The position numbers and the translations under genes were made by a program. The notes under the pieces were generated by a model. The model did no database searches. It was not told the origin of the DNA and saw only the letters and a program-made list of their open reading frames with translations. Positions 49,561-60,976 of a stretch of 64,000 nt of DNA are shown one piece after another. Numbering within the stretch: the stretch's first letter is position 1; every line of letters begins with the position of its first letter. The stretch is from contig JAUCBJ010000528.1 in the NCBI GenBank assembly GCA_032718475.1, positions 1-64,000 on the forward strand, given 5' to 3'. Source of the DNA: Nemertoderma westbladi. Lineage: Eukaryota; Animalia; Xenacoelomorpha.

Positions 49561-49879
49561 ATCTCACCCCGATCCACTGACAGGTGAGTCAAATTCCTTC
49601 GAGATTTTGTGATTCACTTTACTTTAACCACACAACATAAAAGTTAATTTAGTAAAAACTCAATAAGTGTTAATATCCACTTATTAAAATATTACTCTTC
49701 TAAAATATATTTTTGATAACCCAAAATAAACTTAACACATACCGTAATTGAAACCAAAAATATATATAACATAATAGAGATGGAATAAATTACTCAATTC
49801 TAAAAACCAAAACTAGAGTTCAATAACAGAGTTACAACCCAGCCTAATGCCATAATGCAAACTGTATAAAAGTTTACAT

Positions 49880-52800
49880 TTATTTCCTCAACCAACTTTG
49901 TAATCCAATCGACTCTAATGTCTTCCTTCCACCATCAGTTCCTCGTCTACTGATATCCTTCTTATAATCAACTTGTCTCTGCGGTACAACCTCTTCACTA
50001 CTATCGCTATGTGCCAAATTACCATCTGAGTTACTTAAACTTTGGCGCGACCAGAGAAGCCTTGAAATAATGGGACCATCACGAGTTCGTTTTATTGGTG
50101 GTTCTCTTGGAGACCGACTGTCTCTACTAATGTGTCTTGCAGGTCTCCTTGGACTGGGACTGTCTCTACTTCTGTTCCTTACAGGTCTCCTTGGGCCGTG
50201 ACTGTTTCTTACATGTCTCCTTTGACTGGGACTGTCTCTTCTGGATCTTACAGGTCTCCTTGGACTGCGACTGTCTCTACTTCTGTTCCTTACAGGTCTC
50301 CTTGGGCCGTGACTGTGTCGTTCAGGTCTCCATGGACTGGGTCTGTCCCTACTACTGGGTCTTACACGTCTCCTTGGACTGGGACTGTCCCTTCTGTGTC
50401 TCAATGATCTCGTTGCACTGGGACTGTTTCTTCTAGGTCTCATTGGACTGGGACTGTCACTAGTACTGTGTCTTACAAGTCTCCTTAGACTGGGAGTATC
50501 TCCACTTCTGTTTCTTACACGTCTCCTTGGACTGGGACTATCTCCACGTTGGTTTCGTACAGGTCTCCCTGGACTGGGACTATCTCCACTTTTGTTTCTT
50601 ACAGGTCTCCTTGGACTGGGACTATCTCCACTTTTGTTTCTTACAGGTCTCCTTGGACTGGGACTATCTCCACTTCTGTTTCTTACAGGTCTCCTTGGAC
50701 TGGGACTATCTCCACTTCTGTTTCTTACAGGTCTCCTTGGACTGGGACTATCTCCACTTTTGTTTCTTACAGGTCTCCTTGGACTGGGACTATCTCCACT
50801 TCTGTTTCTTACAGGTCTCCTTGGACTGGGACTATCTCCACTTTTGTTTCTTACAGGTCTCCTTGGACTGGGACTATCTCCACTTCGGTTTCTTACAGGT
50901 CTCCTTGGACTGGGACTGTCTCCACTTCTGTATTTCACTGGTCTCCTTGGACTCTGTATACTCTGATGTAACATATAGTTGTGAATGTCTCTATTACTTT
51001 GCCTTTGACTGACGTTATAGGAAGTTGTTTTGCAGCTATGGATATCATATCTACCCTGTGAAGTGGGACTATTTTCTGTATCAGATACTTGCTTAAGAGA
51101 AGCGGTCCCGAGCATGCTTCTAGGAGTAAGAGTGCGACGTTTGGGACTGGGACTACCTCCACTGGTATAACTGGAACTACTCACATTCCGCCTACTAGGG
51201 TAAGCTCTCTTTACATGAGTAGAAGGTTGCCTGGAACCTTGCAGATTAATACGACTTCTATTGGGTCTTAGTGTTATTATAACCTCACTGAGAGAACTAC
51301 TACTACTACTACTACTGCTTCTTCCCTCATCTGAACTTGGTATTGCTTCTCTGGAACACTGTTTAGTTCTTGACTCTATTCGCTTCCCGCTAGTTCGTGT
51401 TGCCATAGCAACCTTTCTGGCTGATAAATAATCAGCAACAAATTCTTCATGCAGCGGGACCCCAGATGATTCCACACTGTGCGGTGCTCTAGTGGATGTC
51501 CTTGGCAGCTGCCTCACAACTGCTCCTCGAGGACTACCCTCCTCATATGAACTAGAACTCGAATCATAAGAACTTTCCCTCCTTTGAATGGGAATTCCAT
51601 CTTTTTGTGCTTTCAAACTTATTGTTTCCTTGTTTGCATTTATGTTGTTTCTTATTGGTCTTTCCTTAACTGGGATAGGCCTTGGACCTTTTTTTATCCA
51701 CTTAGGACTTATCTCCCTCATTTGACCTACTTTGCCTCTAGGACTCATACAGTCCCTTCTAAGTCCCTCTCCAGAAATTCTTCTACGACTTCCACTGTCC
51801 CTCCTTTGTCTTTCTCTGCTAATTCTTCTAGGACTTCCACTGTCCCTCCTTTGTACTTCCCTTCCAATTCTTCTAGGACTTACACTGTCCCTCCTTTGTA
51901 CTTCCCTTCCAATTCTTCTAGGACTTCCACTGTCCCTCCTTTGTACTTTCCTTCCAATTCTTCTAGGACTTCCACTGACCATCATTTGCCTTTCTCTGCT
52001 AATTCTTCTAGGACTTACACTGTCCCTCCTTTGTACTTTCCTTCTAATTCTTATAGGACTTCCACTGTCCCTCCTTTGTCTTTCTCCGCAAATTCTTCTA
52101 GGACTTCCACTGACCCTCCTTTGTTTTTCTCTGCTAATTCTTCTAGGACTTACACTGACCCTCCTTTGTACTTCTCTGCTAATTATTCTAGGACTTACAC
52201 TGACCCTCATTTGTACTTCTCTGCTAATTATTCTAGGACTTCCACGGTCCCTCCTTTGTCCTTCTCCGCAAATTATTCTAGGACTTCCACTGACCCTCCT
52301 TTGTACTTCTCTGCTAATTATTCTAGGACTTACACTGTCCCTCCTTTGTCTTTCTCTGCTAATTCTTCTAGGACTTACACTATCACTCCTCTGTCTTTCA
52401 CGGCTAATTCTTCTAGGACTTACACTGTCCCTTTGTCCTCCCCTGCCAGTTCTTCTTCTAGGACTTACACTGCCCCTCCTTTGTACTTCCCTTCCAATTC
52501 TTCTAGGACTTACACTGAGCCTCCTTTGTCTTTCTCTGCTAATTCTTCTAGGACTTACACTGTCCCTCCTTTGTACTTCCCTTCCAATTCTTCTAGGACT
52601 TACACTGTCCATCCTTTGTCTTTCTCTGCTAATTCTTCTAGGACTTCCACTGCCCCTCCTTTGTACTTCCCTTCCAATTCTTCTAGGAATTCCACTGACC
52701 CTTCTTTGTCTTTCTCTGCTAATTCTTCTAGGACTTCCACTGTCCCTCCTTTGTACTTCCCTTCCAATTCTTCTAGGACTTACACTGACCCTCCTTTGTA

Positions 52801-54989
52801 CATCTCTGCTAATTATTCTAGGACTTCCATGGTCCCTCCTTTGTCCTTCTCCGCAAATTCTTCTAGGACTTCCACTGACCCTCCTTTGTCTTTCTCTGCT
52901 AATTCTTCTAGGACTTACACTGTCCCTCCTTTGTCTTTCTCTGCCAATTCTTCGAGGATTTACACTGTCCTTCCTTTGTATTTCTCTGCCAATTCTTCTA
53001 GGACTTCCACTGCCCCTCCTTTGTATTTCCCTTCCAATTCGTCTAGGACTTCCACTGACCTTCCTTTGTATTTCTCTGCTAATTCTTCTAGGACTTACAC
53101 TGTCCCTATCCCTCCTTTGTACTTCCCTTCCAATTCTTCTAGGACTTACACTATCCCTCCTTTGTCTTTCTCTGCTAATTTGTCTAGGACTTCCACTGTC
53201 CCTCCTTTGTACTTCCCTTCCAATTCTTCTAGGACTTACACTGTCCCTCCTTTGTCTTTCTCTGCTAATTATTCTAGGACTTACACTGTCCCTCCTTTGT
53301 ACTTCCCTTCCAATTCTTCTAGGACTTACACTGTCCCTCCTTTGTACTTCCCTTCCGATTCTTCTAGGACTTCCACTGTCCCTCCTTTGTCTTTCACTGC
53401 TAATTCTTCTAGGACTTACACTGTCCCTCCTTTGTACTTCCCTTCCAATTCTTCTAGGACTTCCACTGTCCCTCCTTTGTACTTCCCTTCCAATTCTTCT
53501 AGGACTTACACTGACCCTCCTTTGTACTTCCCTTCCAATTCTTCTAGGACTTACACTGACCCTCCTTTGTACTTCTCTGCTAATTATTCTAGGACTTCCA
53601 TGTTCCCTCCGTTGTTCTCCTCCGGAAATTCTTCTAGGACTTCCACTGACCCTCCTTTGACTTTCTCTGCTAATTCTTCTAGGACTTACACTGTCCCTCC
53701 TTTGTCTTTCTCTGCCAATTCTTCTAGGGCTTACACTGTCCTTCCTTTGTATTTCTCTGCTAATTCTTCTAGGACTTACACTGACCTTCCTTAGTATTTC
53801 TCTGCCAGTTCTTCTAGGACTTACACTGTCCCTCCTTTGTCTTTCTCTGTTAATTCTTCTAGGACTTACACTATCCCTCCTTTGTCTTTCTCTGCTAATT
53901 CTTCTATGACTTACACTGACTCTCCTTTGTCTTTCTCTGCTAATTCCTCTAGGACTTACACTGTCCCTCCTTTGTCTTTCTCTGCTAATTCTTCTAGGAC
54001 TTACACTGTCCCTCCTTTGTACTTCCCTTCCAATTCTTCTAGGACTTACACTGTCCCTCCTTTGTACTTCCCTTCCAATTCTTCTAGGACTTACACTGTC
54101 CCTCCTTTGTACTTCCCTTCCAATTCTTCTAGGACTTACACTGTCCCTCCTTTGTACTTCCCTTCCAATTCTTCTAGGACTTCCACTGTCCCTCCTTTGT
54201 CTTTCACTGCTAATTCTTCTAGGACTTACACTGTCCCTCCTTTGTACTTCCCTTCCAATTCTTCTAGGACTTACACTGTCCCTCCTTTGTACTTCCCTTC
54301 CAATTCTTCTAGGACTTACACTGTCCCTCCTTTGTACTTCCCTTCCAATTCTTCTAGGACTTCCACTGTCCCTCCTTTGTCTTTCACTGCTAATTCTTCT
54401 AGGACTTACACTGTCCCTCCTTTGTACTTCCCTTCCAATTCTTCTAGGACTTACACTGTCCCTCCTTTGTCCTTCTCTGCTAATTCTTATAGGACTTACA
54501 CTGTCCCTCCTTTGTACTTCCCTTCCAATTCTTCTAGGACTTCCACTGTCCCTCCTTTGTCTTTCTCTGCTAATTCTTCTAGGACTTCCACTGTCTCTTC
54601 TTTGTCCTTCCCTACCAATTCTCCTAGGACTTACACTGTCCCTCCTGTCTGATCTATCCCGATTTCCAGCAGACCTCGAACCGAGGTTGTTTGCCAGATT
54701 ACGGATCCTTTCGGTTTTACCCTCTGTGTGTTGGCTTCCACTGCTATTCGGTCCATCTTCTTTCCCTACATCGCGACCTCTGATTGGCTGCCCGATCGGC
54801 TGCTTGGCAACCAGAGACGGGGGAGTCCTGTTTCTACACCGTTTCAGTTCATTAGTAGTCGTCGTTCTGTGTCTACTCACAATCTCGTTAGAGTTTGTTT
54901 GCTCTTTAGCTTCCTCTTCGGCGAATTCTTCGCTCTTGGAATCAGCCAGAAGCTTCTCCAGTAATTTTGCTGTTTTCTCTTTGTCTCCC
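49880..54989 (-). CDS. TTC14: Terminal exon of TTC14-like gene; very long Arg/Ser/Pro-rich repeat tail
   Basis: Acceptor tttgtttag| at 54990, phase-compatible with the upstream exon (AA|G); 5.1-kb open frame with unique segments flanking 15-aa and 14-aa SPRR repeats. Confidence 0.65.
50100..50955 (-). repeat. In-frame 42-bp coding repeat (RSGDSPSPRRPVRN), degenerate toward 50100
   Basis: Visible in DNA and translation. Confidence 0.9.
51760..54650 (-). repeat. In-frame 45-bp coding repeat (RRDSVSPRRIGREVQ, ~64 copies)
   Basis: Visible in DNA and translation. Confidence 0.95.
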
Positions 54990-55147
54990 CTAAACAAATT
55001 TTAAGTTTATTGCAAATACATTATAACTAATTATTATACATTGGAAAAAAAGTTTCCCACCAGGCAATAAGTGGAATTTTGGAAAACACCTAAAAACGGT
55101 GACAACACTCAGCCACAGACAAAAATAGCCACAAACAATGTGAATAA

Positions 55148-55330
55148 GAGTAGGTCGCAGTCTTAAAAGTAATTCTGCCAAGTTTCAGCTCCGGATATTG
55201 ACGGCAAGTCACAGGAAAACAGTCAACGCCTGTGGACAATTAATACTCGGTTTAACTGTTTTTCCTACGACTTGCCGCGATATTTTGAGCCGTAATTTGG
55301 CAGAATTACTTTTATGACTGCGAACTACTG
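55148..55330. mobile_element. Palindromic MITE in intron
   Basis: AGTAGGTCGCAGTCTTAAAAGTAATTCTGCCAA inverted as TTGGCAGAATTACTTTTATGACTGCGAACTACT; TAA/TTA flanks. Confidence 0.75.
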
Positions 55331-55561
55331 TTAGTTATTTGTGACCATTTTTAATTAATGAATTTATTGATATTTACGTATAGAACCAACAGCTACTCAA
55401 ATACTAAACCATAAGTACAGTTATGATGAGTAGTGAGAGTTTAGTTAGACTTCTTGCTACACATAATAGTGAGCATTTGGAGCATCCCAATCTCTCGTAG
55501 CCCACTATTGCGGAAACTTAGTGAGTAAATATATCGTTACAAACGATACTCCGGGACTTAC

Positions 55562-55749
55562 TTTGATTCGCTACGGAGTAACATGTAGAGTTTCTCTGCC
55601 GACAATGTTGCCCTGCCATCTTGCGGTGGTTGTTGGCAGTTGTTTTTGAGTTGTTCAGTAACATCGTTGGCCGTTGGATTTCCTTTCAACTCGTTGTCGG
55701 TCTGAATGTCTGTTTGTCTGGGTTTAAAGGGCCGAACAGTAGCGGCGCT
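55562..55749 (-). CDS. TTC14: Internal exon of TTC14-like gene (188 nt)
   Basis: Pyrimidine-rich acceptor ..cctttgcaag| and donor AA|gtaagt; encodes SAEKLYMLLRSE, similar to recalled human TTC14 SAEKLRKLLKEE. Confidence 0.7.
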
Positions 55750-55794
55750 CTTGCAAAGGAATAAAATAAGAAAACAAGAACAAAATGTTACACA

Positions 55795-56010
55795 CATGGT
55801 ACAAAAATGGTACAAAAACTGGTACAAAAATGGTACAAAAACTGGTGCAAAAATAGTATAAATACTGGTACAAAAAGTGGTACAAAAACTGGTGCAAAAA
55901 TAGTATAAATACTGGTACAAAACTGGTACAAAAAGTGGTACAAAAATGGTACAAAAAGTGGTACAAAAATGGTACAAAAACTGGTACAAAAATGGTACAA
56001 AACTGGTACA
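55795..56010. repeat. 10-12-bp GGTACAAAAA(N) tandem repeat, intronic
   Basis: Directly visible. Confidence 0.9.
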
Positions 56011-56102
56011 CAGCGCCATTAGGTATCAGGACAAAATTAATATAAGAGCTCGAGTATTTAGACTTCAGTCCACAACTGAACTCCAGTTGGGTTCGAACTC
56101 GC

Positions 56103-57518
56103 GACATTGTTTATATACACTGTACAGGTACACTAACCCTGATCTTAGACTTTACATTAGCCAGTAACTCCAGACATTGTTTATATACACTGTACAGGTA
56201 CACTAACCCTGAGATCTTAGACTTTACATTAGCCAGTAACTCCAGACATTGTTTATATACACTGTACAGGTACACTAACCCTGAGATCTTAGACTTTACA
56301 TTAGCCAGTAACTCCAGACATTGTTTATATACACTGTACAGGTACACTAACCCTGATCTTAGACTTTACATTAGCCAGTAACTCCAGACATTGTTTATAT
56401 ACACTGTACAGGTACACTAACCCTGAGATCTTAGACTTTACATTAGCCAGTAACTCCAGACATTGTTTATATACACTGTACAGGTACACTAACCCTGATC
56501 TTAGACTTTACATTAGCCAGTAACTCCAGACATTGTTTATATACACTGTACAAGTACACTAACCCTGATCTTAGACTTTACATTAGCCAGTAACTCCAGA
56601 CATTGTTTATATACACTGTACAGGTACACTAACCCTGATCTTAGACTTTACATTAGCCAGTAACTCCAGACATTGTTTATATACACTGTACAGGTACACT
56701 AACCCTGATCTTAGACTTTACATTAGCCAGTAACTCCAGACATTGTTTATATACACTGTACAGGTACACTAACCCTGATCTTAGACTTTACATTAGCCAG
56801 TAACTCCAGACATTGTTTATATACACTGTACAGGTACACTAACCCTGATCTTAGACTTTACATTAGCCAGTAACTCCAGACATTGTTTATATACACTGTA
56901 CAGGTACACTAACCCTGATCTTAGACTTTACGTTAGCCAGTAACTCCAGACATTGTTTATATACACTGTACAGGTACACTAACCCTGATCTTAGACTTTA
57001 CATTAGCCAGTAACTCCAGACATTGTTTATATACACTGTACAGGTACACTAACCCTGATCTTAGACTTTACATTAGCCAGTAACTCCAGACATTGTTTAT
57101 ATACACTGTACAGGTACACTAACCCTGATCTTAGACTTTACATTAGCCAGTAACTCCAGACATTGTTTATATACACTGTACAGGTACACTAACCCTGATC
57201 TTAGACTTTACATTAGCCAGTAACTCCAGACATTGTTTATATACACTGTACAGGTACACTAACCCTGATCTTAGACTTTACATTAGCCAGTAACTCCAGA
57301 CATTGTTTATATACACTGTACAGGTACACTAACCCTGATCTTAGACTTTACATTAGCCAGTAACTCCAGACATTGTTTATATACACTGTACAGGTACACT
57401 AACCCTGATCTTAGACTTTACATTAGCCAGTAACTCCAGACATTGTTTATATACACTGTACAGGTACACTAACCCCGATCTTAGACTTTACATTAGCCAG
57501 TAACTCCAGACATTGTTT
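56103..57518. repeat. 70-bp (some 72-bp) tandem array, ~20 copies, spanning an exon end and its splice donor
   Basis: Minus-strand unit encodes KQCLELLANVKSKIR followed by gttagt. Confidence 0.95.
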
Positions 57519-57591
57519 GTGCTCTGGCTGCAATGCGAGCCCCTTTAGCCACTGTCTCTCAGCTCTATCGTATTTCCCATCGGTTTGTTCG
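57474..57591 (-). CDS. TTC14: TPR-encoding exon of TTC14-like gene (118 nt; absent from the ORF track)
   Basis: Acceptor tttcgtttag|; translation EQTDGKYDRAERQWLKGLALQPEHKQCLELLANVKSKIG fits the TPR pattern and recalled TTC14 [20 protein letters not shown]; donor GGG|gttagt, phase 0 into the 55749 exon. Confidence 0.72.
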
Positions 57592-57720
57592 CTAAACGAA
57601 ATAAATTATATAAAATCAACCGAAATAAGAGTAGAAAGTTGAGTAACAATTATTTCATCATTTATCGCGATATTAGAAAAAGTATTATTAAGGAATTTAA
57701 TAGCGAAACAAAAAGTAAAT

Positions 57721-60700
57721 GTAAGGACGCCATCTAGCGTGTATTATTAATATCAGTATAATTTAGGTGACGTGATTTAAAATGCCAGCCACTTCCGTTT
57801 CGAGTCAGTATATAACAATTGTGGTATCGATGAACGCAAGAGTAAGTATTATCGCTACCTCGGTTTATAAATAGCGATAAACTCCCGAAACAATTTCAGC
57901 TGTGGGAGAATCTGTAACGCATAAATACGGTACGCAGTAAGTAACGCAGTACCATCTCAAAACAAACTCAATATATCTGTAACGCAGTAAGTAACGCAGT
58001 ACCATCTCAAAACAAACTCAACATATCTGTAACGCAGTAAGTAACGCAGTACCATCTCAAAACAAACTCAACATATCTGTAACGCAGTAAGTAACGCAGT
58101 ACCATACTCAAAACAAACTCAACATATCTGTAACGCAGTAAGTAACGCAGTACCATCTCAAAACAAACTCAACATATCTGTAACGCAGTAAGTAACGCAG
58201 TACCATCTCAAAACAAACTCAACATATCTGTAACGCAGTAAGTAACGCAGTACCATCTCAAAACAAACTCAACATATCTGTAACGCAGTAAGTAACGCAG
58301 TACCATCTCAAAACAAACTCAACATATCTGTAACGCAGTAAGTAACGCAGTACCATCTCAAAACAAACTCAACATATCTGTAACGCAGTAAGTAACGCAG
58401 TACCATCTCAAAACAAACTCAACATATCTGTAACGCAGTAAGTAACGCAGTACCATACTCAAAACAAACTCAACATATCTGTAACGCAGTAAGTAACGCA
58501 GTACCATCTCAAAACAAACTCAACATATCTGTAACGCAGTAAGTAACGCAGTACCATCTCAAAACAAACTCAACATATCTGTAACGCAGTAAGTAACGCA
58601 GTACCATCTCAAAACAAACTCAACATATCTGTAACGCAGTAAGTAACGCAGTACCATCTCAAAACAAACTCAACATATCTGTAACGCAGTAAGTAACGCA
58701 GTACCATCTCAAAACAAACTCAACATATCTGTAACGCAGTAAGTAACGCAGTACCATACTCAAAACAAACTCAACATATCTGTAACGCAGTAAGTAACGC
58801 AGTACCATCTCAAAACAAACTCAACATATCTGTAACGCAGTAAGTAACGCAGTACCATCTCAAAACAAACTCAACATATCTGTAACGCAGTAAGTAACGC
58901 AGTACCATACTCAAAACAAACTCAACATATCTGTAACGCAGTAAGTAACGCAGTACCATCTCAAAACAAACTCAACATATCTGTAACGCAGTAAGTAACG
59001 CAGTACCATCTCAAAACAAACTCAACATATCTGTAACGCAGTAAGTAACGCAGTACCATACTCAAAACAAACTCAACATATCTGTAACGCAGTAAGTAAC
59101 GCAGTACCATCTCAAAACAAACTCAACATATCTGTAACGCAGTAAGTAACGCAGTACCATACTCAAAACAAACTCAATATATCTGTAACGCAGTAAGTAA
59201 CGCAGTACCATCTCAAAACAAACTCAACATATCTGTAACGCAGTAAGTAACGCAGTACCATACTCAAAACAAACTCAACATATCTGTAACGCAGTAAGTA
59301 ACGCAGTACCATACTCAAAACAAACTCAACATATCTGTAACGCAGTAAGTAACGCAGTACCATACTCAAAACAAACTCAACATATCTGTAACGCAGTAAG
59401 TAACGCAGTACCATCTCAAAACAAACTCAACATATCTGTAACGCAGTAAGTAACGCAGTACCATCTCAAAACAAACTCAACATATCTGTAACGCAGTAAG
59501 TAACGCAGTACCATCTCAAAACAAACTCAACATATCTGTAACGCAGTAAGTAACGCAGTACCATCTCAAATCAAACTCAACATATCTGTAACGCAGTAAG
59601 TAACGCAGTACCATCTCAAAACAAACTCAACATATCTGTAACGCAGTAAGTAACGCAGTACCATCTCAAAACAAACTCAACATATCTGTAACGCAGTAAG
59701 TAACGCAGTACCATACTCAAAACAAACTCAACATATCTGTAACGCAGTAAGTAACGCAGTACCATACTCAAAACAAACTCAACATATCTGTAACGCAGTA
59801 AGTAACGCAGTACCATACTCAAAACAAACTCAACATATCTGTAACGCAGTAAGTAACGCAGTACCATACTCAAAACAAACTCAACATATCTGTAACGCAG
59901 TAAGTAACGCAGTACCATACTCAAAACAAACTCAACATATCTGTAACGCAGTAAGTAACGCAGTACCATACTCAAAACAAACTCAACATATCTGTAACGC
60001 AGTAAGTAACGCAGTACCATACTCAAAACAAACTCAACATATCTGTAACGCAGTAAGTAACGCAGTACCATACTCAAAACAAACTCAACATATCTGTAAC
60101 GCAGTAAGTAACGCAGTACCATACTCAAAACAAACTCAACATATCTGTAACGCAGTAAGTAACGCAGTACCATACTCAAAACAAACTCAACATATCTGTA
60201 ACGCAGTAAGTAACGCAGTACCATCTCAAAACAAACTCAACATATCTGTAACGCAGTAAGTAACGCAGTACCATACTCAAAACAAACTCAACATATCTGT
60301 AACGCAGTAAGTAACGCAGTACCATACTCAAAACAAACTCAACATATCTGTAACGCAGTAAGTAACGCAGTACCATACTCAAAACAAACTCAACGTATCT
60401 GTAACGCAGTAAGTAACGCAGTACCATCTCAAAACAAACTCAACATATCTGTAACGCAGTAAGGAACGCAGTACCATCTCAAAACAAACTCAACATATCT
60501 GTAACGCAGTAAGTAACGCAGTACCATCTCAAAACAAACTCAACATATCTGTAACGCAGTAAGTAACGCAGTACCATCTCAAAACAAACTCAACATATCT
60601 GTAACGCAGTAAGTAACGCAGTACCATCTCAAAACAAACTCAACATATCTGTAACGCAGTAAGTAACGCAGTACCATCTCAAAACAAACTCAACATATCT

Positions 60701-60976
60701 GTAACGCAGTAAGTAACGCAGTACCATCTCAAAACAAACTCAACATATCTGATGTCATCTGGATTTTGGTGAGAGCCAATTTAATAATAAAACCGACAGA
60801 AATCTGTAATATTAGAATAATATCTTTAACAAAAACCTGCCGCACTAACAAGTTATATAAATATGATTCCGATACCACAATCTTTATATACTGACAAAAA
60901 CGGAAGTGGCTGACATTTTGAATGACGTCACCTAAATTATACAGATATCGATAATACACGCTAGTTGGCGTCCTAC
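57721..60976. mobile_element. TIR element (~108-bp imperfect TIRs) carrying an internal satellite
   Basis: 57721-57829 is the imperfect reverse complement of 60870-60976; TSD not identified. Confidence 0.8.
57931..60750. repeat. 50/51-bp satellite (~56 copies)
   Basis: GTAACGCAGTAAGTAACGCAGTACCAT(A)CTCAAAACAAACTCAACATATCT. Confidence 0.97.

Noticed and set aside
51584-54652. Long plus-strand ORFs (736, 642, 271 aa)
   Set aside because: Antisense shadows of the 45-bp coding repeat; only the minus frame has unique flanks and splice sites
57931-60750. GTAAGT donor-like motif in the 50-bp satellite
   Set aside because: On the strand opposite the host gene and not linked to any recognisable exon
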